Position numbers and translations under genes: made by a program. Below are positions 31,566-41,250 of a stretch of DNA of 57,589 nucleotides, one piece after another. The notes under the pieces were generated by a model. The model saw nothing but the letters and a program-made list of their open reading frames with translations, was not told the origin of the DNA and made no database searches. The first letter of the stretch is position 1. Each line of letters starts with the position of its first letter. The stretch comes from Phycisphaeraceae bacterium (lineage in GTDB: Bacteria > Planctomycetota > Phycisphaerae > Phycisphaerales > Zrk34), in contig JBBDRF010000067.1 of assembly GCA_040905565.1 (NCBI GenBank), positions 1-57,589 of the forward strand. The letters run 5' to 3'.

Positions 31566-33119
31566 TCACTCCGCCTTGTCTGCCTCGGCGGGGGGCCAGG
31601 TGACCATCAGGTCCACCCGGCGTGCGTTGAGGTCTGCGCCGTTGTCTTCGCCGTTCCTGTAGACGCTGTAGAGCGTGACGCGATCTCCTTCCACCCGATA
31701 CCGAATGGTTGCCCCGTCGGGGTCGTAAATGTCGACGGGAACGGCGTCCATCCACTCAGGCACCAGATCGTCCAGCGATTGCGGATACTGCCCGGTCACG
31801 GCGCGGTAGCCGCCGACTGCCAGTGCCACGCGTTCGAGTTGCTCGTACATTTGCACTTGATCAACGACATCCGAATTTCGATCGATGGATGGGACCATTC
31901 TCGCGATGAGCTGGTTAAGCATCAGGTCCGCGAGCGTTTGTGATCGCTGGGCTTGATCCTGCTGCAGAAGGCTTAGCGTGATGGCGGTCCAAAAGAGAGG
32001 TTTGTCGTAGTGCTTGACACGCTGCTGGACGGTATCGCCCAACTGCTCAAGTTGTGCCCAGCGCTGCTGAGGTGTTTCCGCCCGCAGCCCTGCGAGGATG
32101 TCTCGGGTGTATGCGTTGACTCGGCGAAGAGCGTGGTTGCGATCGAAGTGATACCTGAACAGGTGATCGAGGCGCGGATCGTCGCGTAGCACATCTTCCA
32201 TTCCGAATTGCCGCTGGACCAGATCGAGTAGGTTCATGCGGTCGCCGAACAGGAACGCTCGTTCTATGGAGAGCCGCTGCTCCATGGCTGCGAGTTTTTC
32301 CTTAAGGCCCCGAGCCTGTTCAGCGGTGAGCGCCTCCTGGCCAGCTAGTTCCACGATCCGTTGGGTGGCGTAAGAAGCGGACGCCATGCCGGTCAAATGC
32401 TCGACCAACAGGGGCGCGGTGTGCATATGGCGGGAAAGCTGTTTGAGTGCGAGGATATCTTCGATGGCAGCATCGAGTTCGCCCTCATGTATCCGGTGTC
32501 GTGCCCGGACCGAGAGGATCACGAAAGCATGACGCACGCCTGACAAATTCGGGTGGGTCAGTGCCAAACCGTCATCGCCATCGGCGACCACGATCGGGCG
32601 CCAGAACCGTTCTCTCTGGATGCCTGCGACCAGCCGATCCAGCATTTCCTTGTGTTGGGCGAGATACTCAATCACGTTCGGTATCCTCTCCGGTCTCCAA
32701 AGATACCAATTGTCCCTCGCCAAATCCCACTGGCCGCCAAATGCGAGGTGGTCGCGGTCGTCGAAGCCGGGCACTGCCCACCGTCCCTTGGAGAGGTAGG
32801 TCGCGTCGTCGGCGGGCATCTTGATGCCGAGCAGTTCGAACTGCTTGCGTCGGTAGGCTTCGCTCGGCCAGGTCTTTGGTGGAATCAGTTGGGCGATGAC
32901 CGCATAGGCGTTGTTCTCAGGCGTAACGCCGGCGCTGAATTTCTTGTTCAGCGCTCCGACGTAATCGACCGTCCCGTCATCACGCAGCGGGCCCTCCAAG
33001 ACGGTGGTGTCCCGGCCGATTTCCAGCGGGATCGGCTCTGCGGCGGCCTCGCCTGCTGTCGTCAACATCCCCAGCGTGGCGATGATCGCCGCGCCAACAA
33101 TGGATCGGTGCATTCGCAT
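31566..33119 (-). CDS. Hypothetical exported protein (planctomycete-type)
   Basis: 517-aa ORF with signal peptide; GPLRDDGTVDYV...N and C-terminal GQYPQSLDDLVP...PVDIY...LYSV..NGED. Confidence 0.7.
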   Translation of the reverse strand: MRMHRSIVGAAIIATLGMLTTAGEAAAEPIPLEIGRDTTVLEGPLRDDGTVDYVGALNKKFSAGVTPENNAYAVIAQLIPPKTWPSEAYRRKQFELLGIKMPADDATYLSKGRWAVPGFDDRDHLAFGGQWDLARDNWYLWRPERIPNVIEYLAQHKEMLDRLVAGIQRERFWRPIVVADGDDGLALTHPNLSGVRHAFVILSVRARHRIHEGELDAAIEDILALKQLSRHMHTAPLLVEHLTGMASASYATQRIVELAGQEALTAEQARGLKEKLAAMEQRLSIERAFLFGDRMNLLDLVQRQFGMEDVLRDDPRLDHLFRYHFDRNHALRRVNAYTRDILAGLRAETPQQRWAQLEQLGDTVQQRVKHYDKPLFWTAITLSLLQQDQAQRSQTLADLMLNQLIARMVPSIDRNSDVVDQVQMYEQLERVALAVGGYRAVTGQYPQSLDDLVPEWMDAVPVDIYDPDGATIRYRVEGDRVTLYSVYRNGEDNGADLNARRVDLMVTWPPAEADKAE

Positions 33120-33272
33120 ATAAAACCCCGTACGTGAAAACTAAGGGTGTCGCGTGCGTCTCGCTGACTTGTTCAGGTTACCGCAGATTATCGGCAGCAC
33201 AAACGTTGCGATCCGGTTCGCTTCCACGTCACCTCTGGGGTGGTGGGGGAAATTTTTTGAGTCATCCCCCCC

Positions 33273-33301
33273 TTGGCAAGGCGGGGTCGGCGGCTTAGAC
33301 T
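33273..33301 (+). promoter_or_regulatory. Promoter of rpsB-tsf
   Basis: TTGGCA-N17-TAGACT. Confidence 0.55.
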
Positions 33302-33483
33302 GTTCGATTCCGACTGAAGTCAGCGGTCGGCGTGCAGGGTGCCAGGCAGCGCCATGCACGCTCATAACAAGATCAAGTACGCATCACCCAAGCGCCCTTA
33401 AGTACAGGGGTTGTCCGGTTTGCCCCTTGCGGGACGCTGGAGTCTGACTCGCTCATGTGCTGGTGTCGCTGAAAGGACAGGCA

Positions 33484-34449
33484 ATGGCTGCATCGCAATC
33501 GTTGGTAAAAGAGCTTCTGGACTCGGGCGTCCACTTCGGGCATAAAGCTGCGAACTGGAACCCGAAGATGAACGCTTACATTTTCGGCAAGAAGAACGGC
33601 ATCCATATCATTGATGTCCGTCACACGATCAAAGGCCTGCTGCTGGCCAAGCGGTTCATTACCCGCACGGTGGCCAACGGCAAGGACGTGCTGGTTGTGG
33701 GCACGAAACGGCAGGCTCGCGAATCGATTCAGCGTCTGTGTGACGGGGCGGAAATGCCTTACGTCGTGGAGCGCTGGCTCGGTGGGACGCTGACGAACTT
33801 CCGCACGATTCGTTCACGCCTGAAGCGCCTCGATGAGCTGGACACCCTGATGGCCAGTGAAGAGTGGACGCACTACTCGAAGAAGATGGCGTCGCAGCTG
33901 GGCCGTGAGCGGAAGAAGATTCACCGCAACCTTTCGGGTGTGCGTGGGATGAACTCGCTTCCGGGTGCGATGGTTGTGGTCGATGTTCGCCGTGAGGTGA
34001 ATGCGCTGCGTGAGGCTCAGAAGCTGGGCATTCCGACGGTGTGTCTGATCGATACGGATTCGGATCCCGATCTCGCGGACATTCCCATCCCCGGCAACGA
34101 CGATGCGATGCGTGCGGTGGAGATCATCATCCGTGAGTTGATGGCAGCGGCGACCGAGGGCAAGACGGCCCGCGCCCAGGCTGCCCAGGAGCAGAAGGAG
34201 CAGGCGGCTCCGGACACCACGCGTCGGCGTTCCAGCCGGGCCCAGTTCCGTGCTGAGGGTGAAGCCGAGGAGGCTGCACCGGTGACGACAGGGACCGAAT
34301 CGTCGCACGTGACCGAGGCGATCGACCGCGTTGAGCCGAAGGACAAGGTCGTCGAATCGGAGGCGGGTCCTGAGGCGACCACCGAAGAGGCCAAAGAAGC
34401 TGCCCGCGTTCGCGATGAAGCGACGGCGAGCAGCGACAAGCCCAGCTGA
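33484..34449 (+). CDS. rpsB: 30S ribosomal protein S2 with acidic C-terminal tail
   Basis: GVHFGH...WNPKM, RWLGGTLTNF, IPGNDDA. Confidence 0.98.
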   Translation: MAASQSLVKELLDSGVHFGHKAANWNPKMNAYIFGKKNGIHIIDVRHTIKGLLLAKRFITRTVANGKDVLVVGTKRQARESIQRLCDGAEMPYVVERWLGGTLTNFRTIRSRLKRLDELDTLMASEEWTHYSKKMASQLGRERKKIHRNLSGVRGMNSLPGAMVVVDVRREVNALREAQKLGIPTVCLIDTDSDPDLADIPIPGNDDAMRAVEIIIRELMAAATEGKTARAQAAQEQKEQAAPDTTRRRSSRAQFRAEGEAEEAAPVTTGTESSHVTEAIDRVEPKDKVVESEAGPEATTEEAKEAARVRDEATASSDKPS

Positions 34450-34556
34450 GGTTGGGCCGGCAGAACGTAAACTTAAAATTGAACGCTTACCTCGTTAAGC
34501 TTTTTCCCGTTTGAGCAGGCGCGCGACCTTCGCGTGCACGACCAGGAGTTGCCAAG

Positions 34557-35369
34557 ATGGCTGTTACCGCCAAAGACGTGATGAGTCTCCGCCAGCGTAC
34601 CGGACTGGGGATGATGGAATGCAAAGAAGCCCTTAATGAAGCCAGTGGCGACATGGACGCCGCGATCGACCTGCTGCGTAAGAAGCTCAAGGGCAAGATG
34701 GAAGAGCGAAGCGACCGGGCCGCCGCTGAGGGCGTGGTGCAGATCGCGCGTGAAGGCAATGCCGTCGCCATCATCGAACTGAACACGGAGACGGACTTCG
34801 TCGCACGTGGCGAAGCGTTCAATGAAGCGGCTCAGAAGATCGCGCAGTTGGTGCTCGCTTCGCCGAAGCAAGGCGAAGTGCCCGCGGACGATGCGATCAA
34901 CCAGATCATCGAGGAGATCCGAATCACCTCGAAGGAAAACGCTTCGTACAAGCGTGGCACGAAGCTGGTCGCGGGTGAGGGCGAAGTCATCGGCGATTAC
35001 CTGCATCACAACGGGCAGGTCGGCGTGCTTGTGAAGGTGGCTGGCGAAGCGGACGACGATCTGCTCACCGGGCTTTCACAGCATGTGGCGGGGCATGTTC
35101 CCACGCCGTTGGCTGTTGATGAGAGTGGCCTCGCCGCCGATGCGGTCGAGAAGCAGAAAGCCGCGGCCATTCAGGAAGCAGAAGCATCGGGCAAGAATGC
35201 CGAGATCGCTGAGAAGATCGCCAGCGGCAAGCTTCGCAAGTGGATCGACGACAACACACTCGTCGGCCAGAGCTACGTGCGTGACATGACCGGCAAGACG
35301 GCCGTGCGTGACGCGCTGCCCAAGGGTTCGAGCATCAAGACGTTCGTCCGCTACCAGGTCGGCGTCTGA
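34557..35369 (+). CDS. tsf: Elongation factor Ts
   Basis: LRQRTGLGMMECKEAL, ELNTETDFVAR; follows rpsB. Confidence 0.97.
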   Translation: MAVTAKDVMSLRQRTGLGMMECKEALNEASGDMDAAIDLLRKKLKGKMEERSDRAAAEGVVQIAREGNAVAIIELNTETDFVARGEAFNEAAQKIAQLVLASPKQGEVPADDAINQIIEEIRITSKENASYKRGTKLVAGEGEVIGDYLHHNGQVGVLVKVAGEADDDLLTGLSQHVAGHVPTPLAVDESGLAADAVEKQKAAAIQEAEASGKNAEIAEKIASGKLRKWIDDNTLVGQSYVRDMTGKTAVRDALPKGSSIKTFVRYQVGV

Positions 35370-35397
35370 TCGATCGGTTCACATTCTGTAGATAAGT

Positions 35398-35431
35398 GAA
35401 GCCCACGGCGTGATGCCGTGGGCTTCTTTTT
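35398..35431 (+). terminator. Rho-independent terminator after tsf
   Basis: GAAGCCCACGGC-GTGAT-GCCGTGGGCTTC-TTTTT. Confidence 0.85.
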
Positions 35432-35452
35432 GATGTGAGCAGAACGTTGTTG

Positions 35453-36190
35453 TTACACCGTTGCGGCCGGACGCTGTCGCCGCATCAGCGTCGCGGCTGC
35501 GAGGAGGCCGACCATGCCGAGCGTGGTCGGCTCGGGCACGACCTGAACGTCGTCGATCAGCAAGGCGGACGAAACCGAGAAGTCTGTCGCGTCGAGCACG
35601 GCGAAACCCAGCAGATACTCATCGGTCGTCGCCACGGCCGGCAGGGCGAACGACTCGTAACCGGTTTCGGCGAAGTAATTGCTCGACGACCCGCCGGGAA
35701 GGTCTGGGTTGAACGTGTCGGCGAGTACCACGGCGGACGTGGTCATGTTCACCAGCGTGACGATGGCGAAGTCGTTGAATTCGGATTCGAAGCCTTCGTC
35801 GGTGAGGAAGTTCCAGTCGAAGGTGATGAACTCGCCGGCGTTGAGGTTGAGGCTCTGGCGGATTGCGGAGCCCTGCGTGGGCTCTTCGGGCGTGAGGTCA
35901 TCGAGCATGCCGACGGATAGCCCGAGGAAGTCTTCGACGTCGTCGGCGAGGGCGGGCATTTGGGCGACGCCGATGAACCCGCCCTGATTGGTTTCCATGA
36001 GCGCCTGGTAGATGCCGTCGGTCGGCGTGATGTCGACGCTGTCGTCGACGGCGGCGGTGAGGCCGGTGGATTCCCATCCGTCGAGGTTGCCGGTTTCGAA
36101 GCTGCCGTTGGTGACGGACCCGAGTGCCGAAGTGCCGGTTATCGCCAGCATCAAGGCTCCCAATACGATTTGCTTGCAAGTCGCAATCAT
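35453..36190 (-). CDS. PEP-CTERM sorting domain protein
   Basis: Signal peptide, NGSFETG, C-terminal VPEPTTLGMVGLLAAATLMRRQR. Confidence 0.9.
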   Translation of the reverse strand: MIATCKQIVLGALMLAITGTSALGSVTNGSFETGNLDGWESTGLTAAVDDSVDITPTDGIYQALMETNQGGFIGVAQMPALADDVEDFLGLSVGMLDDLTPEEPTQGSAIRQSLNLNAGEFITFDWNFLTDEGFESEFNDFAIVTLVNMTTSAVVLADTFNPDLPGGSSSNYFAETGYESFALPAVATTDEYLLGFAVLDATDFSVSSALLIDDVQVVPEPTTLGMVGLLAAATLMRRQRPAATV

Positions 36191-36362
36191 TTCTCTCCCT
36201 CTCCTGAATGTAGGACGCGACCACGTAGTCGCTTATACCCCTGTAACCCAAGATGCTAGCCATATCGGCTTCGGGCTCCATGCGGAACCGGCGGAGTCTC
36301 CCCCCGGTGGGGTTCCCTTTGCGTGGACGGGGCGAACGAGGCCGGGGGCGATGTGCAGGCAT

Positions 36363-36398
36363 AAAAAAAGCGACCCGGCGGGTGGCGTGCCGGGTCGC
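36363..36398 (-). terminator. Terminator after the porin gene
   Basis: GCGACCCGGC stem followed by T7 on the minus strand. Confidence 0.8.
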
Positions 36399-36446
36399 GG
36401 GAGACGTTCAACCTCGTACGACGAGGCTGAAGTTTGACTGAGTTTT

Positions 36447-37793
36447 TTAGAAAGCCACTTGGTACTGCAGACGGACGCTGAGTTGGCCGTCTTCGCCGTC
36501 GGCATCGTCGAGCAGTCCGAGTCCGGTGCTGGGGTTGAGGAAGTCGCCGTTGATGGGGTCGAGGGCATAGACGACGTCGAAGGTGAACTTCGCGTTGTGC
36601 TTGTAGTGGTACCAGTTGACGCCGGCGGTGAGGATGTTGGTGTGTTCGCTGCTGACGCCGTTGACGACATCGGCGCGGGCGTCGTCCTGGGTGATCATCT
36701 CATAGCGGACGAAGGGCTGGATCTTGTCGGGGACGATGAAGTAGCCGCCTTCGAGGAGGAGGCCGAAGTCGTCGAAATCGTCGCCGGCTGCGTTGTCGGT
36801 GTGGTTGCCGTAGAGGGCGGCGAGCAGGCCGAAGCCGTTGCTTTCGACGGTGGCGTCGGCGGTCCAACGCAGGAGGTTATCGTTGTCGGCTGCGGAGCCG
36901 GTCTCGCCGACTTCGTAGTAGACCGCACCGCCGAGCATCGCGCCGGTGGGGTCGCCCGACCATGCCACGCCGGGGTCCTTGAACTGGCCCCATTCGCCGG
37001 CGAGCAGCAGTTCGCCGCGGCCGAGCAGGGCGACGTCGACGGTGTTTTCATCGAAGTCGCTGAAGCTGGCTTCGATGCCGTCGTTGATGGTGAAGTAGCC
37101 GCGGAGGCGTTCGGAGGTGTAGGTGAGTCCGATGCCTTCGGAGCGGCCCACGTTGAACGCTTCGTGGACGACGGAGCGTTCGGTGGCGAGTTGGCGGCTG
37201 GAGCTGACCATCTCCTGCAAGGCGAACGGCTGCTTCCAGCGACCGGCGGTAACGGCGAGGCCGTCGGCGAATTCGTAGCCCAGGGTGTAGTCTTCGAAGA
37301 CGGTTTCGGGGTCGTCGCGGTCGCCGGCGAGGCTGAAGGCGAACGTGAGACGGGGGTCGAAGATGTGGCCGTCGCCTTTGAACTTCGCCCGGCGGAGCTG
37401 GAAGCCTTGGACGTTGTCGTCTTCGCCGGAGTTGTCGCGGTTGTTCCAGATGTAGCGGACCTGCAGATGGGCGCCGAGGTTCAGGCGGAAGTTGCCGTCT
37501 TCGCTGGCGAGGAAGAACTTGCCGTCGTGGCCGGCGGTGAGGCCGGTGCCCTGGAACGAGGCCCGTGTGTCGGCATCGGCGAGGACTTCACGGACGAGGG
37601 TCTTGACCTCGGCGGCGCGGCGTTCGCTGAGCCAGGTGTCGTCGCTTTGTGCCCGCAAGGCGTTGACCTCGGCCCGCAGTGCACGCAGCTCCTGCTGCAC
37701 GTCAATGTCCTCAGCGTGTGCTGTGGCGGTCAGACCGAGCAGGGCGGCTGCGACGCAGGGGGTGATCGCGTTAGTCAGGTGTTGCTGTTTCAT
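36447..37793 (-). CDS. Outer-membrane porin (OprO/OprP-like)
   Basis: Signal peptide, coiled coil, GKFFLASEDGNFRL, GFQLRRAK, GRWKQPF, amphipathic strands, terminal Phe. Confidence 0.8.
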   Translation of the reverse strand: MKQQHLTNAITPCVAAALLGLTATAHAEDIDVQQELRALRAEVNALRAQSDDTWLSERRAAEVKTLVREVLADADTRASFQGTGLTAGHDGKFFLASEDGNFRLNLGAHLQVRYIWNNRDNSGEDDNVQGFQLRRAKFKGDGHIFDPRLTFAFSLAGDRDDPETVFEDYTLGYEFADGLAVTAGRWKQPFALQEMVSSSRQLATERSVVHEAFNVGRSEGIGLTYTSERLRGYFTINDGIEASFSDFDENTVDVALLGRGELLLAGEWGQFKDPGVAWSGDPTGAMLGGAVYYEVGETGSAADNDNLLRWTADATVESNGFGLLAALYGNHTDNAAGDDFDDFGLLLEGGYFIVPDKIQPFVRYEMITQDDARADVVNGVSSEHTNILTAGVNWYHYKHNAKFTFDVVYALDPINGDFLNPSTGLGLLDDADGEDGQLSVRLQYQVAF

Positions 37794-37957
37794 GAGGGCC
37801 TCTCTTTTGTATGTGAGATGTGTAAGAAAGCTGTGATGCGTTCGTCAGTTGCAGCATCATCCGGCGGGACTGTTAGCCGCCGGCGACGGTTCTGTGAGCA
37901 GTATGTTAATAAACGAGGGGGCGGGGGGAATGCTCTAATCCGATGCTCATCGCGCGC

Positions 37958-38031
37958 GTGCCGCTGCTGGCTCGTCCACCAATGTGTTCGACGTACGGCC
38001 CGGGCACTGGTGGGCAAGCCACCAGTGGCAC
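37958..38031. repeat. Inverted REP pair (family C)
   Basis: CACTGGTGGGCAAGCCACCAGTGGCAC (38005-38031) plus a degenerate inverted copy (37958-37984); recurs at 53133-53209. Confidence 0.8.
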
Positions 38032-38103
38032 GCGCGCCTCGGTGGTTGAACGGAGGTGTGCAGCGGTTTGCGAGGCGCGACGGACGGTCGCTTGCTCGCG
38101 GGC

Positions 38104-39540
38104 TTAAAGGCTGACTTGCGAGCCGCGTTCGATGCGGCGGGGCAGTTCGATGCCGTCGTGCAGGTCCTTCGCTTCGATGGCGGTCAGCGGGCTGATCTCA
38201 ATCACCGCTTCCACATTTCCCTGCTGATCACGCGGCACGGTGACGCCCACGGCGTCAAGCCAGCGGGCCGCCCGTTCACTTTGCAACTGCTTGCTGGTGG
38301 CAGGCGAATCGTCGCCCTCAGCGTTCTTGATCGGCGCGAACTCATCCTGCCGCAGCGTCTCCAGAACGATGCTCCGCTCGCACAACGGCAGCGCATCGAA
38401 CACGAACGTCTCCAGCTTCACCGCGTTCGGCTCGGTCGGCTCAACACGATTGCCCGTGGCCAGATCAACGTGTGGCACCTTCTTGACCGCCCGGTGGAAC
38501 GGCAGGCCGAACCGTCCGCGATTCAGCTCCCGCACGAAGTCGACATCAATTACGTGAATCGCAATCGACCCGGCGTTGAATCGCAGCGACCCGTCGGCGT
38601 TCCGCTGTTCGGCCAGCTCGTCGGGCAGGTCGGAATACTCGATCACGGTGACGCGGCCGTCGGCGAGGCAGAAGTTGCCCACCCGCTCGAGTGGCCCAGC
38701 CTTGACGACCATCTTGCTGGACATCTGGGCATGATCGATCGCGTGCAGCCCGATGAAAAGCGGATCGATGCATCGCACGAGAGGGTTGTCGACCTGGAAA
38801 TAGCTGATGTGCTGGATGCCGCGGTCGGCCATGTCCTGCAGCGCGCCGCTGGTGTGCAGCGCCCGCAGGGAGCCGCCGTGGCCGTCGGGGTTCGTCGCGA
38901 GCTTGCCGGGTTCGGTGAGCAGGGCTCGGCCGTCGAGATCGAACGAAGGCACGACGCCCTGCGGGAAAAAGTGGACTTGTCCGCGATCCAGCCCGAAAAA
39001 GTGGTTCTCTTCAAAGTGCGCCCGCGTGGCGGCATCGTTCACCGGCGAGGTCATCACGTACCAGGGCACGGCGCGCCCGTACTTCCGCTCAACCTTTAAG
39101 AGGTACTCCGCGAACACGCAGAACAGCGGCTTGCCTTCGATCGGCGTGGCGGGGAACGTGCCCTTGGGGCCCTCCCAGCCGAGGCGCGTGCCCTGGCCGC
39201 CGGCCACCACGAAAGCGGCGACCTTGCCCTCGGCGATCAACTGCTCGCCATGCTCACGCGCCTGATCATATCTGGCGTGCAGCTTCTTCGGCGGCTGGGC
39301 GGGGTAGTACGGAGCGGGCTCGATCGTCTCGGGAAGCTTCGCCTCGGGCTGCCGTTTCACATGCGTCTGCACCAGCTCACTGAGCAGGGTCCAGTCCTGC
39401 GCTTCGATCTGATCGAGCAGCTGCTCACGCTCAGCCGTCCCCAGGTCTTTGTAGAAGGTCAGCAGGTGATCCTGGCCGACCTGCTTGAGCGTCTGCTCGG
39501 CCCGTTCGTAGCGTTCGGAAAGATTCTGAGTCTGCGGCAT
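38104..39540 (-). CDS. UDPGP type 1 family uridylyltransferase (UDP-GlcNAc/UDP-Glc pyrophosphorylase)
   Basis: AGGQGTRLG..GPKG, PDGHGG, QVDNP, IEYSDL, KLETFVFD, EFAPIKN. Confidence 0.92.
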   Translation of the reverse strand: MPQTQNLSERYERAEQTLKQVGQDHLLTFYKDLGTAEREQLLDQIEAQDWTLLSELVQTHVKRQPEAKLPETIEPAPYYPAQPPKKLHARYDQAREHGEQLIAEGKVAAFVVAGGQGTRLGWEGPKGTFPATPIEGKPLFCVFAEYLLKVERKYGRAVPWYVMTSPVNDAATRAHFEENHFFGLDRGQVHFFPQGVVPSFDLDGRALLTEPGKLATNPDGHGGSLRALHTSGALQDMADRGIQHISYFQVDNPLVRCIDPLFIGLHAIDHAQMSSKMVVKAGPLERVGNFCLADGRVTVIEYSDLPDELAEQRNADGSLRFNAGSIAIHVIDVDFVRELNRGRFGLPFHRAVKKVPHVDLATGNRVEPTEPNAVKLETFVFDALPLCERSIVLETLRQDEFAPIKNAEGDDSPATSKQLQSERAARWLDAVGVTVPRDQQGNVEAVIEISPLTAIEAKDLHDGIELPRRIERGSQVSL

Positions 39541-39695
39541 ATCGTGGCTTCCCCTTAGCGGTGCAATGCGTGAACGAACCCCTCGTCCCCTCGCGTGTCA
39601 TTATCAACTTTCACGGTGGTGACGCCAGCGGTGTTGTTAGCGGGTGATCGTAGATCGCCGTTGGTTTGCTTGGGATGTGGGAATCGGAAACGGCG

Positions 39696-40979
39696 CTAAA
39701 CGAGGCGGTCGGGTTTGGAATCGGCGGCTGCTGCGGCGCCTCGGCCCTGGTCGGCATTGTCGCGGATGGCCTGGCATGCTTTGTCGTCACGGAAGAAGAT
39801 CACCAGCCAGGTGAGTGCGATGACGGCGAGCACGAGTGCGAGGAGGAAGGCCCAGCGCAGGCCGCTCATGGCGTCGCCGCCGAGCTGCGTGGCGTGGCCG
39901 CCGACGATGGAGCCGACCCATCGCGCGACGCCGAAGCAGAGCACGCTGTAGAGGCTTTGCATCGAATTGCGATAGCTCGGCTCGGCCTGGAGGTTCAGGT
40001 ACATCGGCGGGACGAGGTACAGCCAGAGCACGATCGGGCCGTGCAGCAGCTGCGAGACGATGGCGACGGTGGGGGAGGGCACGGCGGCGAGCAGTCCCAT
40101 CCGCACAACGAGGCAGCCGGCCCCGACGATCATCAACCCCCGCAGGCCGAACTTCGCCAGAAGCGGGGCGGAGAAAAGCATCAGCGTGACCTCCGCCCCG
40201 ACGCCGATGTTGCTGATGATGCCGATCCACTCTTTGCCGATGCCCAGCTCTTCGAGGTACAGGCTGTAGAACGCGTAGAAGATGCTGATGCCGATGAACC
40301 CGAGGACGAGGGGGCCGATGAGTGATCGGACGTTCGGCCTGAGCAGCGCCCGCCATGCCTGACCGGAGGGCAGGCCGGTTTTCGACTCGCGGATCGGGGC
40401 ATCGGCACCGGGGAGGGTCATGCTGAGCGTGGCGGCAATGGCGGCGGCTGCGGCGCCGGTCAGCACGGCGGACAGGGCGGTGGATCCCATGTATCGCATG
40501 GCGACGAAGACGACGAGGGCGGGGATCATGAACCCGATGCTGCCCCAGATGCGGATGCGGTGGTACGCTTCGGGACGCTCGCCGTCGCGCGACTGTTGGT
40601 GGAGGGTGGCGAAGGTGAGGCCGTCGATCAGGCTGAACAACGGCGTGACGGCCAGCGAGAAAAGCGAGAACATCACCAGCACCGTTTCGAACCGCTGGGC
40701 GCGCGTCACGGCCAACAGCCCGACGGCAGAAATGGCGAAGCTTACCCCGATCAGCACGCGGTTACGGACATGGCGGTCGGCGATGTGGGCGATGACGGCC
40801 GGCATGACCAGCACCGCCAGACCATAGGCCCCGAGCACCCAGCCGATCTGCCAGTCTTCGAGGCCCAGCTCACGCAGATACACTGGCATATAGGGCATGT
40901 ACGCGCCCATGACGGCGTACAGCAGCAGGTACTGAAGCTTGATCCATCCGAACTGCGTGGTCACGCGATTGCCCTTCAT
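39696..40979 (-). CDS. MFS transporter (MFS_1-like / nucleoside:H+ symporter-like)
   Basis: About 12 hydrophobic segments, YHRIRIWGSIGF, GVGAEV; ATG 40979 overlaps the upstream stop (ATGA). Confidence 0.85.
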   Translation of the reverse strand: MKGNRVTTQFGWIKLQYLLLYAVMGAYMPYMPVYLRELGLEDWQIGWVLGAYGLAVLVMPAVIAHIADRHVRNRVLIGVSFAISAVGLLAVTRAQRFETVLVMFSLFSLAVTPLFSLIDGLTFATLHQQSRDGERPEAYHRIRIWGSIGFMIPALVVFVAMRYMGSTALSAVLTGAAAAAIAATLSMTLPGADAPIRESKTGLPSGQAWRALLRPNVRSLIGPLVLGFIGISIFYAFYSLYLEELGIGKEWIGIISNIGVGAEVTLMLFSAPLLAKFGLRGLMIVGAGCLVVRMGLLAAVPSPTVAIVSQLLHGPIVLWLYLVPPMYLNLQAEPSYRNSMQSLYSVLCFGVARWVGSIVGGHATQLGGDAMSGLRWAFLLALVLAVIALTWLVIFFRDDKACQAIRDNADQGRGAAAAADSKPDRLV

Positions 40980-41128
40980 CGCTGTTTCGCCAGACGCATC
41001 ATCCAGACGTTGATCCCCACGAACGCCGCCGCCAACAGCACCAGCCACCACGGGCCCTGCGTCAACAGAACGAACAGCAGGAACATGCCCCACAGCGCGG
41101 CCAACCAGAGATAAAACTTGGGTAACAT
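40976..41128 (-). CDS. Small 50-aa two-TM membrane protein (absent from ORF track)
   Basis: MLPKFYLWLAALWGMFLLFVLLTQGPWWLVLLAAAFVGINVWMMRLAKQR*; ATGA coupling to the MFS gene; TACGAT 6 nt upstream. Confidence 0.65.
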   Translation of the reverse strand: MLPKFYLWLAALWGMFLLFVLLTQGPWWLVLLAAAFVGINVWMMRLAKQR

Positions 41129-41170
41129 GCGAGCATCGTAAGCGACAGCGGCCCGGCGATCACGTTACCT

Positions 41171-41250
41171 GCGACGCGTAGCGTCGCGGCTACGGCCGCG
41201 CTATATTTTTCATGGCGCGCCAATAGCCGCGAGACTACGTCTCGCCGGTC
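41171..41250. repeat. Inverted REP pair, family A
   Basis: GCGACGCGTAGCGTCGCGGCTAC (41171-41193) and AATAGCCGCGAGACTACGTCTCGCCGGTC (41222-41250). Confidence 0.9.

Noticed and set aside
36217..36237. GCGACCACGTAGTCGC hairpin resembling family-A REP
   Set aside because: Lacks the TAGCC tag and CGG end; too degenerate
36200..36350. Possible c-di-GMP-I riboswitch upstream of the PEP-CTERM gene (ACGCAAAG present)
   Set aside because: No GGCAAA/GNRA hairpin upstream in the right place, and the second stem does not fit
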